The position numbers and the translations under genes are program-made. Under the pieces are notes generated by a model. That model was not told the DNA's origin and did not search any database. It saw only the letters and a program-made list of their open reading frames with translations. A DNA stretch of 64,000 bases from a virus. Where the stretch lies: the IMG/VR virus record IMGVR_UViG_3300033273_000282, positions 79,800 through 143,799 of that record. One strand, given 5' to 3'. Shown piece after piece: positions 55,201 through 64,000 of this stretch (position 1 is the first letter of the stretch; each line of letters starts with the position of its first letter).

Positions 55201-55891
55201 TGGTTGTTCTATCGCTGCTAGAGCAAGAGCTACTAGCGGTACCTCCTGTGGTCCTTTCCCATCAGGAGTCACCCCTGAGACTTCTTTCCAAGCAGATTCT
55301 ACTTGGAGAGAAATTACTCTTAACGATATTAACTACTTCCTGTCCCATAAGATTATTGCTTCCAAGCAGAACGAAATCAGCAACATGTCTGGTGGTAAGT
55401 CTCTAACTCTGGAACTGAACTTCTTCTCTGATGTAAGCCATCTGTCGCCTGTTCTTGACACCCAACGTATGAGTGTCACTACGACTGCTAACCTCATCAA
55501 CTACGCTACACCTAGTCAGGGTATCGGTGATGAGAACGCCGCTATATACATCACGAGACTTGCTAGATTGGAAAATTCGTCTACAGGCGTTAAGGTTGCT
55601 TTGTCTGCTAATACATTCGAGTTCTCAGACATCGTTGCTATGTACAAACTCGTTCCTGCTGGTTACACTGGCGATCCCGACGATATCAACTTTGAATTCT
55701 TCAATACTGATGGTCGTCCTGATAGCGGAAAGATGGTTCCTCAAAACGATCCATTTGTCTGGAATGATTACGAGTATACCCTGAATGACGCGGCTGCTTT
55801 CGATGGATTCCAACTGAAGTTGGTACTGAGAAACTATAATCAGCCATACATTCCAAGAGTTAAGGATCTTAGAATCATCGCTCTGGCATAA
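49211..55891 (+). CDS. VrlC-like / DUF4815 virion structural protein
   Basis: NLNISPYFDDF...VLFKPGYPVQARELTTLQS, DRFKNGFIVDNF, DPLAQTF, PRVKDLRIIALA. Confidence 0.88.
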   Translation: MAQNTNLNISPYFDDFDEDKGFLKVLFKPGYPVQARELTTLQSLLQNQINSFGQGIYREGSMVVPGGITLNKQYPVVLVQNNYLNLPVELYRESLNNKVIKGSNSNIRARVNFSISATESDRGYVSFYLTYLTKADDNTTSVFQAGEVLTCEEDITYSTSTIVAGTPLAQLLNSNSTAIASTANIGRGVYFVRGYFVTVPEQTIVLDQYSNNPSYKVGLKVEERIITADEDASLYDNAIGSTNFSAPGADRFKINLTLIKKELKDPNSADFIELLRTNEGKLESKVERSDLSYINDILALRTKEESGDYYVKRFSIDVRENLNDAFNNGVYEADATTQDGNEPSESKMAVQISPGTAYISGYRTEKLSNTFKDSDKPRTFTAADSQSFASDFGNYVLIDDLYGGVELYDTIELRDRIVTTNGTAAGNVIGLTRVLGFSFDSGVRDSTSTIYRVNISDTTLFTTLTMSGAVTWVQGTKIVGVNSGASGFVRTNGSNSTCTVYGITGNFVSGEAVRYENATSNLGTISSVYGYQFSDIRSMSLSGTFTANILLDVQATLAANGPVLSGVSGGNATVTASLSNFTAQLRIGDIIRFSNNNQQHVARVTAVTNNSSFTITREGSTTLANGAVTSPITLTRPQIQFATKRALITPIPKAAVKSTSTNSQGASVTPLGYFRKSYVIPSSEITSGSFSLSAGSNLVFRAAQDADDFQIIVTSVSSGSGVLGNTYTYPNFTTSTGSNSASVSVSGLPTTVNGCIVIATVYSSNRSAKSKTTERMKVALINRSSQGAVNGLTSYTAGYGTRVQDRTISLGCPDVFKVKAIYESKDSQDPVIPHFAYTNLVGSYEINQILTGASSGAKAQIVSFDSNYVYFVMLTDTLFDNAEIITTPTTTARIVANSIQEGSSNVTSAFDLDNGQREQYYDYSRIVRKSGYSPVSHKLLVIFDRFVTTGGDGFYTVDSYSSDVYKEIPEFELFSLRNVLDFRPMVPSQISGSGTRLSPFEHTSSGKLDFDNRDFTGNYVGLPGQSDTTILSYEYYLGRTDKIFINKDNKIQLVKGEPAENPVEPAEIEDAMLLATIFMRPYVFDIDKDVDITQTNYKRYTFRDIQQLETRIKTLEYYTQLSLLETETATLQIRDTNGLDRFKNGFIVDNFASLGTSDTFHPDYRVSIDFEEGHLRPSHYTTNVPLIFSSNSTNIQQTGDIITLPYTDVVLVDQPFASALENVNPFNVFTFVGDIKLYPESDDWVDTKSLAALQGPTVEGNYQTTLRDMRADQNGITPIQWGSWQTTWSGRIWFTRQVSTGKGKNRSTRTERFSRVRTDQTRTGVRYRITPIIEQQSLGNRVVSVEHIQNMRSRNIEFKAEKLKPKTRFYAFFDGVSVKSYITPKMLEVTKNPNDDSATNSIPFQVGETVKGQTSGCTLRILEPNNEYNVNPYTNQNIASVSDYTANLGWINLDTSSLAAQALGAYSGNPIAGEVLVGQSSGARAKVKERRLVTDNAGFLKGTFFIPDPSKSTNPKFKTGTRVFRLSDTTNDSQVVGESESSAQTEYSATGILQTTQETIISVRNAKLDEERLTQNRTLWSDPLAQTFLIQDDELEGGVFLTKIDLYFQQKDSEIPVAIDIRTVENGTPTQTILPFSKVIKKAADVVTSADASAPTTFTFESPVFIPHQQEHAIVVTSDSNQFKVFISLLGEDAIDAAHAGEKISEQPYIGVLFKSQNASTWTPSQFEDLMFKIYRAEFTLPTTLAQSQVFLNNATLEENNGGFLPLLPNSIAVTDNQAYIDVFHSNHGMQSNANYVIISGVISEVGNTATTSAVSATASQIIVSDASLFHRCIGGNATQAASLTASNTGPGNAAPAVSDTNPGFIKIDDEIIAYEYINNGSPNWVINVLGHNSGTVSGRNWDPSSNSGGASGSAHDNGATVECYNLAGIPLTKINGTHHTTTFGGLSTLNSPHKYRLNITGFKSHKTINAGGENILASQNVPWDVLTPQIQTQIQPGCSIAARARATSGTSCGPFPSGVTPETSFQADSTWREITLNDINYFLSHKIIASKQNEISNMSGGKSLTLELNFFSDVSHLSPVLDTQRMSVTTTANLINYATPSQGIGDENAAIYITRLARLENSSTGVKVALSANTFEFSDIVAMYKLVPAGYTGDPDDINFEFFNTDGRPDSGKMVPQNDPFVWNDYEYTLNDAAAFDGFQLKLVLRNYNQPYIPRVKDLRIIALA

Positions 55892-56205
55892 TGGATTTTG
55901 ATAAAATTGAGGATATAGTTCGGAAGCGAGAACAAGAAGTTCTCGCTCGTCGTGATCAATCTGAGTATGAAAAAAATAGAGACATCAGAAGAGAACTTGG
56001 TCTGATGAAAGTTGAGGGTCATGAGCATCTTGGTCGTGACCCTAAAACTAATGCGATCGTAAACACTGACAAGAGTGGATACAAAGCCTACATTGAAGCA
56101 AGAGATAAGAACAAACTTAAACTCACTGAAACTCAAGAACTGAAGAACGAGATTAACGAACTGAAGGAAATGCTCAAACTTCTAGTCGAGAAGAACGATA
56201 AATAA
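55891..56205 (+). CDS. hypothetical coiled-coil protein
   Basis: KVEGHEHLGRDPKTNAIVNTD. Confidence 0.7.
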   Translation: MDFDKIEDIVRKREQEVLARRDQSEYEKNRDIRRELGLMKVEGHEHLGRDPKTNAIVNTDKSGYKAYIEARDKNKLKLTETQELKNEINELKEMLKLLVEKNDK

Positions 56206-56240
56206 GAGTGAGCTAAATACTAAAGAGAATATCTTAGCGA

Positions 56241-56579
56241 ATGGCATCTGCTGTATCCAACTTATTGATCTATCAGGGTGCTGATTTCACCATCGACTTT
56301 TCTGTCGAAAATGATAATGGCACTGAGTTCAATTTGTCAGGCTACTCTGCGGCATGTAAAATCAAGAAGCACTATACAAGTTCTTCCTCTGTAACTGTTA
56401 CTGCCGCGATTATTTCACCAGAGACGGCAGGACGTATTCAACTTTCGCTTAATAACTCGCAGACGGCAGCAATGAAGTCTGGTCGTTATGTTTATGATGT
56501 TGTTATCACTGCACCATCTGGTCTAAAAACTAGAGTGCTTGAGGGTACTGTTAGTGTTCTGGAGGGCGTTACACTCTAA
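56241..56579 (+). CDS. small virion structural protein
   Basis: NLLIYQGADF...GRYVYDV...RVLEG; CTAAATA late-like promoter at 56213. Confidence 0.75.
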   Translation: MASAVSNLLIYQGADFTIDFSVENDNGTEFNLSGYSAACKIKKHYTSSSSVTVTAAIISPETAGRIQLSLNNSQTAAMKSGRYVYDVVITAPSGLKTRVLEGTVSVLEGVTL

Positions 56580-56800
56580 TGGCAAGATTAAGATTCGGAG
56601 ATCAGTCAGTTCCTAGAGTGACCCGTGTCGCCACTGGTGGTGGCGGCGGAACAATTGGCGCACTTGCGGACATTGACTTGACCGACACATCGTTGGGTGG
56701 CTTACAGGATGGCAGCTTGCTCGTTTATGACAGCAACTCAACTAAATTCATTCCTACTACGGTTCTGAACAACATCACAGTTAACGGGGGTACCTTTTAG
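56579..56800 (+). CDS. small virion protein
   Basis: LADID...DGSLLVYD...NGGTF. Confidence 0.65.
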   Translation: MARLRFGDQSVPRVTRVATGGGGGTIGALADIDLTDTSLGGLQDGSLLVYDSNSTKFIPTTVLNNITVNGGTF

Positions 56801-58488
56801 TGGCATCGGAAATTCTAATTAAAAGAAGTACAGGCACAGTTGCGCCTGGTACTATCAATTACGGTGAACTTGCCGTAACCGTCGGCTCAGGTACTCAAGG
56901 TAACCTGGGCGACCGTCTTTTTGTTGGTGATAATAACTCCGCTGCTCAGGTAGTTGGTGGTAAGTATTTCACCGACATGCTGGATCAGGTACATGGTACT
57001 CTGACCGCATCTAGTGCTGTAATCGTTGACAGCAATCTCAAAGTTGATCAATTCCTGGTTGACAACATTACCCTTGATGGTAATACAATTACCACCAACG
57101 TAACCGATAGTGATCTGATCCTCGGTGCTAACGGTGCTGGTAAAGTTGTCCTCCTGGATGGTCAGGAGATTGAGTTCGGTACATCTGGTGATATCGAACT
57201 GGCTTGGAACGACACCACTGGTGACGTAGAGATTCGCAGATCAGGCGGTAACGCTAATGCTGCTTTGTTGGTACAGGACGACATCCCCCTGAAGTTCGGT
57301 AGTAACAATGATGCTCGCGTTTACTACGATGAGGCGACTCTCGATAAACTGCGTTGGGCTGGCGCTGATCAAGAATTTGATCTTGGTGTCCAAGTAAAGT
57401 TTGCTGACAATACTGCTGCTACTTCTACAGCAACTGGCGCTGTCCAAGTTGTTGGTGGTGTGGGTGTTGGTGGTACAGTCTGGGCAAATGGTTTGGCTGT
57501 TGATGGTGATGCCACCATTGGTGATACCACTTCTGATAACCTGACTGTCAACTCTGCTACTACCTTTAACGGCAATGTTATCTTTAATGGTACTAGCACC
57601 GTTAGTGGTAACACCTCTCAGACTGGTTACATTGACATTGACCAACTGAGACTTGATGGTAACGCTCTGTCTACCACTTCTGGTACAGAACTGATCATTG
57701 ACCCCTTCCCCGCTGGCGGTGATGCTGAGGGTCTGGTTATCATCAAAGGTGACCTCCAGATCGACGGTACTACAACCACTGTTAACTCGGCTTCTATGTC
57801 GGTTAACGATCCTACTATCGAACTGGGTGATCCCACTACTGTCCTGACAGTAACTACTAATGCTCTGTCTGGTGCTACTACCCTTGAGGTAGATAAGGTA
57901 GATGGTATTGCTATCAATGATACAATTTCTGGTACTGGCATTCCTGCTGCTACCACAATTAGCAACATCTCTTCTGCTGGTTCTCCAGTAGTTCACACTC
58001 TTACTTTGAGTGCTGCTCTCACCGCAAACTGTAATGCTGGTGAGCAACTGACAGTTGTAAGGGACACCAACGACGCTCTTGATCGTGGTGTTAAACTTCA
58101 CTACCATGATGGTAGTGCTGCCAAATTTGGCTTCTTTGGTTACGATCGCAGCGGTGGTGCTGACGGTCAGGGTGCTTGGACCTTCATCGAAGATGCTACC
58201 GACGTTGGCACCGTATTCGGTGTAAATGGTCAACGCGGTACTGTTGTACTGGGCGACTTGGAACTCGATACTGATCTTGCTGTTCAGTATGGTGGTACTG
58301 GTGGTTCTACCTTTACTCAGTATGGTATTATCTACGGTAATGCCGCCAATCCTTTCCAAGTAACAGATGCTGCCAATATGGGAGCTCCTGGAACTGGTAG
58401 CGATGCTACTACCTCTTACCAAATCCTGACAGTGACCTCTGCTGGGATCCCCGTCTGGACTAACGTCCTAGATGGAGGAACTTTCTAG
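56800..58488 (+). CDS. tail fibre protein
   Basis: ILIKRSTG...GELA, GDLQIDGTTTTVNS, C-terminal LDGGTF. Confidence 0.8.
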   Translation: MASEILIKRSTGTVAPGTINYGELAVTVGSGTQGNLGDRLFVGDNNSAAQVVGGKYFTDMLDQVHGTLTASSAVIVDSNLKVDQFLVDNITLDGNTITTNVTDSDLILGANGAGKVVLLDGQEIEFGTSGDIELAWNDTTGDVEIRRSGGNANAALLVQDDIPLKFGSNNDARVYYDEATLDKLRWAGADQEFDLGVQVKFADNTAATSTATGAVQVVGGVGVGGTVWANGLAVDGDATIGDTTSDNLTVNSATTFNGNVIFNGTSTVSGNTSQTGYIDIDQLRLDGNALSTTSGTELIIDPFPAGGDAEGLVIIKGDLQIDGTTTTVNSASMSVNDPTIELGDPTTVLTVTTNALSGATTLEVDKVDGIAINDTISGTGIPAATTISNISSAGSPVVHTLTLSAALTANCNAGEQLTVVRDTNDALDRGVKLHYHDGSAAKFGFFGYDRSGGADGQGAWTFIEDATDVGTVFGVNGQRGTVVLGDLELDTDLAVQYGGTGGSTFTQYGIIYGNAANPFQVTDAANMGAPGTGSDATTSYQILTVTSAGIPVWTNVLDGGTF

Positions 58489-58500
58489 ACCTAAATTAAC

Positions 58501-58710
58501 ATGGATGTAAACCTTATTATTTCTACATTACAACGTAAAGTTTCTGAGTTGACCTTGAGTAACATTATGTTGGAAGCGAAAATTCTCGATTTAACTAACC
58601 AGTTAAATAGTATCAACCAAGAAAAAAACTCACCAGAGAATGCTATAAATGGCAACGAGGATCAAACTCAAAAGCTCAGTAACAGCCAGCCAGGTTCCAA
58701 CGACTTCTGA
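58501..58710 (+). CDS. small coiled-coil protein
   Basis: LQRKVSELTLSNIMLEAKI. Confidence 0.6.
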   Translation: MDVNLIISTLQRKVSELTLSNIMLEAKILDLTNQLNSINQEKNSPENAINGNEDQTQKLSNSQPGSNDF

Positions 58711-61700
58711 CTTAGAAGATCGTGAAGTTGGCTTAAATATTACTGACAAAAAATTATACGTCAATAACAATGGTACGATTGAGGAGGTGGCTAACGCCGA
58801 ACCCAATCCTGCTAGTGTTACTACGGCGATGCTTGCCACGGACATTACTAATGGTCCTGGGGCAACTTGGTTTGTCGCTCAAAATGGTACTGATGTAACC
58901 ACCCTAGGTGGTGGTGGAGCAAACGGTAAACACCCTGATACTCCATTCCTAACTGTTGCTAAGGCTTTGAGCGTTGCTCAGCCTGGTGATTCTATTGAGA
59001 TTGCTGCTGGTTCATATGTAGAGACCTTTCCTCTTACCATTCCTGATGGGGTTCATGTTAGGGGTTCTGGTATTCGCCAAACAGAAATTAAACCATCTGG
59101 CGGCACAAATGATCTGAACGCATTCGTCCTTAACGGTGATGTCACTGTTGAGGATCTTACTATTCGTGACTTTTTCTACAACAGCACGAATGACACTGGT
59201 TATGGTTTTGTATGTGCTAATAATTGGAACTCCGAGAGAAGCGCATACATTCAAAGAGTCACTATCCTCAACAAAGGTAGTGTAACTTCTGGCTCTGACC
59301 CATATGGTTTCCAGCAAGGTGATGCTGGACGTGGTGCTAAGCTGGATGGTTCTATTGCTAACAGCGCTGGTATTGAAGCTGCTGTTCTTTTCAACGAATG
59401 TACGTTCATCGTACCTAATTCCGTTGGTCTGTATCTGACTAATGGTATTCGTGTAGAGTGGCTTAACGGCTTCATCTACTTTGCTGATGAAGGTATTAAA
59501 GGTGTTCAGGGTGCCACTGGTGCGTTTGGTACTGGTAGAACACGTCTTAGACTTTCTGGTACCTCTGGTACATTTGCTGCTGGTGAAGAGATCTATCAAC
59601 TGGAAGACCAATTCCAGTCTGGTACTTATTCGAGATCTGGTACCACAGTTACCATTACCAGAAATGCTCACGGTCTGGTAAATGGTGACCGTGTATACGC
59701 TGACTTTATTACTGGTACTGCTACTGACAATTTCTATGTCGTCGGTGGAGTTACCACAAATACATTTACTCTAACTGATAGCGCTTCTGGATCCACAAGC
59801 GGCAACGTAACTTATAAGAAAGCCGACGCTTACGGTTTAATTACTCTTAACGATGGTAGCTACATTTACCTGAGTGGTAAGGGTGAGGGTCAATTTACAA
59901 CCACCGTTGAGGGTGGTAAGACTGCTGTACCTAATGCTGATGCTCAGGCAGATAACTCTGTCAAGAAGTTTGGTACTGGATCTCTGTTACTTGATGGTAC
60001 TGGCGACTACGTTAACTATGCTTCCGAAGCTGACTTTGGTTTCGGTACTGCTAACTTCTGCGTTGAGACTTGGATCTACGCAAACGCTCTTTCTGGCACT
60101 CAGACTCTGCTTGACTTTAGAGGATCTGCTGCCGACATTGCTCCAACTCTGAGACTTAATGGTGGAACCGTTGAGTACGCTGTTGGCGGCACAACTCAGA
60201 TTTCTGGTGGCTCTCTTACCACTGGTACCTGGGTACATATCGCCGTTGCTAGATTCAACGGATCTACAAAACTCTTTGTTGCTGGTAACCAAGTAGGTTC
60301 TACCTATACCGATACTAACAACTATGGTGCTGAGAAAGGACTGAAGATTGGTGCTCAGTATGACAACAGCACTAATTATAATGGTCACCTTGATGAAATC
60401 AGAGTAAGTAAGGGTACTGCTCGTTTCACTGGTAATTTTACTCCATCTTCTGCTGAGTACGGAACTGACATCTTTACAGTTCTGCTGCTCCACTTCAATG
60501 CCAATGATGGCGCTACAATCTTCATAGACTCTGGTTCTGCCATTAAGGACATCCGTTCTAATGGTGGCGACTCGGCTACTGGCATTGCTCTGGTTGACTA
60601 CAACCAGTTTGGCGCTGAACTTAGATCGATTGCTTCGGCAAACGTTTATGGTAATAAGGGTGTTGTTGCTGATGGCAACGGTGTAAAACTCCTTCTTACT
60701 GCTCACAACTTTGCTTATATTGGTGCTGGACAAGACTTCACCAATGATGGTTCTCTCGCTGCTCAGAGCAACGAAGTAGAAGAACTGAATGGTGGTCGTG
60801 TCTTCTACTCCTCTACTGACCAGAAAGGTGACTTCCGTGTAGGTAACGTCTTCCTGGTTGACCAGGAAACTGGTAACGTTAATTTTAGTTCTACCTCTAC
60901 CTCTCAGGAAGCCGCTAGCATCACCCTGTCTGATGTTACTGGTACTACAAATATCTTCCCAGCGTATATTGAAACTGGGAACCTGCGTCTTGCTGGCAAC
61001 ACGGTCTCCACTACGAGTGGTGATATTATCTTTGATCCCGCTGGTAACCAGGACGTTATATACAATGCTGAAGTCGTCTTCACTGAAGGTGTCTACTACG
61101 ATCAACCAAAATCCGCTAACTTTAAGACTGATGTCCCTGGTAACTTAGGTTTCTATGAGGGTCAGAATCAAAGACGTGGTGGATTTAATGGTTACGGTGT
61201 ACAATCTGACACCAACTTCTACTTAACCAAAGAACAAGTCACTACAGTTACTGTAGATACTGAAGGTGATGGATACACTGGCGGCGCGGCAACAATTGAT
61301 GCCGATACTAACCCTCCAGTAGTATGTACCGCTACCCTGACACTGGATCTTCAGGACGGTGCTCTCAAGGAGATCAACGTTACCGCAGGGGGTGACAACT
61401 ATGTCTCTGATCCTACGGTTGGGTTTAGTGCTCCACAAGATGCTGGTGGATCTACTCCTTCTGTTTCTGCTGTTCTTTTCAGCTATGGTGACGTTCAGGC
61501 AATCACTGTAGATGATGGTGGTGCTGGTTATGCTGCTGCCCCAGGTCTTGTTATTGACGCTCCTGGTGGTATCTCTTTCGATACTGAATCGGACATTTCT
61601 GGAAATGCCATTCAGTCGGCTAACCACCCGATGCGAAATGGTGATCGCGTTGTTTATAGTCAGAATCAAGGTGCCGAAAATATCGGTCTTACCGATGGCA

Positions 61701-64000
61701 CAACATACTTTGTTGTTAACGCTGTTAACGACTCGATTGGTGCTGGTGTAAGTTTCCAACTTTCTGCTACCCAAGGTGGCGCTGTTATTCCTCTGACTGC
61801 CTCTGCTTCTGGTAGTGGAGAGTCTCAAGCAATCAATGGTGTACAAGCCACCGCAACTTGTACTTTGTCGGGTGATGCTATTGCTAGCGTTACCATCACC
61901 GAACCTGGATCTTTGTATGACAGAGGTGCTGGTGTTTCTGTCCAAGAAGATGGATCGCAGTCTCCAACAACCGCTGCTACTCTGACAGTTTATATTGGGT
62001 CTCCTCTCTCTGGATTTATCATCAATAGCAGAGGTAGTGGATATAATGCTGCTCCAACAGTAAGCTTTACCAATGCTGCCGTTGATACTTATGGTGCTGG
62101 TGCTGCTGCTACAACTACCATTGGATTCCCACTCGCCCAAGAACCTGCTGGTCTAACTGTAACTAACGCAGGTGCTGGTTATGCCTTTGCTCCTCAGTAT
62201 AAACTGAGTGGTGGCAATCCTGTTACAGAAGCAGTTCTGTCACCAACCCTCGATAAGAAGAAAGGTAATATCAGTTCAGTTGGTATCACTGGTTTTGGTG
62301 TTGGATATTCGTCTGCTCCTACCGTAACATTCTATGGTGGCGCTGGTGACGGAGCCAGACTCACTGTTAATGTTCAATCCTTAGATGGTACCATCACTAA
62401 TGGTGGTACTGGATACGTTGCTGGTAAGTACCAGAGTGTAGAACTTGAATATGTTTCTGGTGGTAGTGGTGCCCCTGCTAGCAATGCTACCGCAGACTTC
62501 ACTGTCGCTGGTTGGACTGGTAACGTCACCAATGCTGGTAGTGGTTATATTGACGGTCAGTATGACGGTCACGTTATGTACAACGTGCCTGCTGCTACTT
62601 ATACCGTAACGGTTATTACCAACCCTGGAGCTGCGCCACCAGATAACGTATATGTTATCAATGGTACTACCCAAGCTTCTCTTAACTTTGTTGAGGGTAA
62701 TACTTATCGCTTTGATCAGTCTGATTCTTCCAACAGTGGTCATCCACTTCTCGCTGGTAGAGAAGATGGTGGAACCCTTTCTACTGATATTCTTGCCGTT
62801 AGTTATGGTACTCCTGGTGACGCAGGTGCCTTCACTGACATTATCGTAAAGCCAGGTACTGCTGGCGAAGTCCTTGATTATATCTGTAGCAACCATTCCA
62901 ACATGGGTGGCAGCGTTACCATTGGTACTGGTGCTGCTGGTAACTATGGTACTGGTCTTTCGGCAAATGTGACCGTCTCAGGCGGACAGATTACTGCTAT
63001 TGAGTCTGCCGCTCAAGGTACTGACTACGCTGTTGGTGATACAGTTTCTGTCAATCCATATGCCATGGATACCAGTGGCGCTGGTAGTGGCTTTTTGTGG
63101 ACTCTTGCTGCTAATGACACAACTATTAGTGTCGTAGACAACATCAGTTTGACTGGTGGTCCATACGAAGTTGGCATGATTCTGTCGGTTGACGTACAGA
63201 ATGTCGGCGGCTCTGGTTCTAACTTTACCTATACTGTATCTAAAGCAGGTTTTGTAAAAGATGTTGACGTAGTTCAGGGTAGTGAAGGTTATGGATACAC
63301 CGCAGGTGAAATTCTCTATCCAAGAATTGACCCAACCACAACAGGCAATGCTTTCCAACTCACTGTAGGTAGCACAACTACAACACCCGTTTGGGAATTT
63401 ACTCACGATGGTAGCATTGTAAACTCAGCATTTAATGTTGCTGGTACTAAGGACCCAACTTATGACCCAGGTACTCTGAGTCTCGGTTCTGGTGTTCCTA
63501 AGATTGTAATGGAGACCGAGTTTGGTAACATTACAACCGACGGTAACCTCACTGTTAAGGGCAATCTTACTCTTGGCGATGATGCTGCTGTTGACACAAT
63601 TACAGTTGCTGCTTCTACAACTGCTACTGGTGATACTACTCAGACTGGTGATTTCTCCCTGACAGGAGATATGACCATCGATGGTATCTTTACTCAGTCT
63701 GGTGGTGCTTCCTTCCTTGAGGAATTAACTGGTACCATTGCTGATGGTACTGCCGCTGCTCCTTCTCTGGCTCTTAACACCAGTCCCACCACTGGTTTGT
63801 TCTGGGCAGACACTGACATCATTGGAATTTCTAATGCTGGTGTTGAGACTGGCAGAATTGGTCCTGCTGCTTATGCCGTTGGAACTAGATTCCAAGTTGG
63901 TTCTAGTTCCATAACCGCATCTCCTCTCCTCGATGCTAACCCAGCAACTAACCTTGTAAGAATTGGTAGTTCTGCTAGTGGTCTTAGTATCAGTAGCACT
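58649..64000 (+). CDS. very large tail fibre / virion protein with a LamG-like domain (partial, runs off the window)
   Basis: MATRIKLKSS...; KFGTGSLLLDGTGDYV...FCVETWIY...GHLDEIRVSKG (ConA/LamG-like) at about 59960-60450; absent from the track presumably because no stop falls in the window. Confidence 0.8.
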   Translation, partial: MATRIKLKSSVTASQVPTTSDLEDREVGLNITDKKLYVNNNGTIEEVANAEPNPASVTTAMLATDITNGPGATWFVAQNGTDVTTLGGGGANGKHPDTPFLTVAKALSVAQPGDSIEIAAGSYVETFPLTIPDGVHVRGSGIRQTEIKPSGGTNDLNAFVLNGDVTVEDLTIRDFFYNSTNDTGYGFVCANNWNSERSAYIQRVTILNKGSVTSGSDPYGFQQGDAGRGAKLDGSIANSAGIEAAVLFNECTFIVPNSVGLYLTNGIRVEWLNGFIYFADEGIKGVQGATGAFGTGRTRLRLSGTSGTFAAGEEIYQLEDQFQSGTYSRSGTTVTITRNAHGLVNGDRVYADFITGTATDNFYVVGGVTTNTFTLTDSASGSTSGNVTYKKADAYGLITLNDGSYIYLSGKGEGQFTTTVEGGKTAVPNADAQADNSVKKFGTGSLLLDGTGDYVNYASEADFGFGTANFCVETWIYANALSGTQTLLDFRGSAADIAPTLRLNGGTVEYAVGGTTQISGGSLTTGTWVHIAVARFNGSTKLFVAGNQVGSTYTDTNNYGAEKGLKIGAQYDNSTNYNGHLDEIRVSKGTARFTGNFTPSSAEYGTDIFTVLLLHFNANDGATIFIDSGSAIKDIRSNGGDSATGIALVDYNQFGAELRSIASANVYGNKGVVADGNGVKLLLTAHNFAYIGAGQDFTNDGSLAAQSNEVEELNGGRVFYSSTDQKGDFRVGNVFLVDQETGNVNFSSTSTSQEAASITLSDVTGTTNIFPAYIETGNLRLAGNTVSTTSGDIIFDPAGNQDVIYNAEVVFTEGVYYDQPKSANFKTDVPGNLGFYEGQNQRRGGFNGYGVQSDTNFYLTKEQVTTVTVDTEGDGYTGGAATIDADTNPPVVCTATLTLDLQDGALKEINVTAGGDNYVSDPTVGFSAPQDAGGSTPSVSAVLFSYGDVQAITVDDGGAGYAAAPGLVIDAPGGISFDTESDISGNAIQSANHPMRNGDRVVYSQNQGAENIGLTDGTTYFVVNAVNDSIGAGVSFQLSATQGGAVIPLTASASGSGESQAINGVQATATCTLSGDAIASVTITEPGSLYDRGAGVSVQEDGSQSPTTAATLTVYIGSPLSGFIINSRGSGYNAAPTVSFTNAAVDTYGAGAAATTTIGFPLAQEPAGLTVTNAGAGYAFAPQYKLSGGNPVTEAVLSPTLDKKKGNISSVGITGFGVGYSSAPTVTFYGGAGDGARLTVNVQSLDGTITNGGTGYVAGKYQSVELEYVSGGSGAPASNATADFTVAGWTGNVTNAGSGYIDGQYDGHVMYNVPAATYTVTVITNPGAAPPDNVYVINGTTQASLNFVEGNTYRFDQSDSSNSGHPLLAGREDGGTLSTDILAVSYGTPGDAGAFTDIIVKPGTAGEVLDYICSNHSNMGGSVTIGTGAAGNYGTGLSANVTVSGGQITAIESAAQGTDYAVGDTVSVNPYAMDTSGAGSGFLWTLAANDTTISVVDNISLTGGPYEVGMILSVDVQNVGGSGSNFTYTVSKAGFVKDVDVVQGSEGYGYTAGEILYPRIDPTTTGNAFQLTVGSTTTTPVWEFTHDGSIVNSAFNVAGTKDPTYDPGTLSLGSGVPKIVMETEFGNITTDGNLTVKGNLTLGDDAAVDTITVAASTTATGDTTQTGDFSLTGDMTIDGIFTQSGGASFLEELTGTIADGTAAAPSLALNTSPTTGLFWADTDIIGISNAGVETGRIGPAAYAVGTRFQVGSSSITASPLLDANPATNLVRIGSSASGLSISST

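Noticed and set aside
34380..63406. Many long minus-strand Ser/Thr-rich ORFs (e.g. 43740..44783, 51758..52747, 57241..58422, 59987..61105)
   Set aside because: Mirror frames of GGT/ACT/GCT-rich structural genes; no independent signals

Overview
A 64-kb segment of a T4-like cyanomyovirus genome (Synechococcus/Prochlorococcus-type), with essentially all real genes on the + strand. In order: (i) the end of the gp5 baseplate-hub genes; (ii) an accessory block with an acyl carrier protein, DUF4385, 2OG-Fe(II) oxygenases, tRNA-Thr and a CpeT-type bilin lyase; (iii) tail-fibre/virion genes ending in a Gly-rich gp38-like adhesin; (iv) a ~12-kb early region of short ORFs behind about 16 copies of a palindrome + Pribnow promoter motif, holding a PD-(D/E)XK nuclease/amino-MTase pair, an SF2 helicase, an orphan HicA-like gene, a DnaA-box cluster and an Sfp-type phosphopantetheinyl transferase; (v) the baseplate module (PAAR, gp25, gp6, a 4447-aa gp7, gp8, VrlC-like) and more fibre genes running off the end. 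The most striking observation is six nested repeats inside gp7 that resemble phycobiliprotein beta subunits, with both bilin-attachment Cys positions kept, in a genome that also encodes a T-type bilin lyase. This suggests a possibly chromophorylated virion. Other highlights are a phage ACP + PPTase pair, a candidate DnaA-box origin, and apparent CCGG/GGCC/TGCA avoidance. All calls come from reading motifs by eye; no searches were run.
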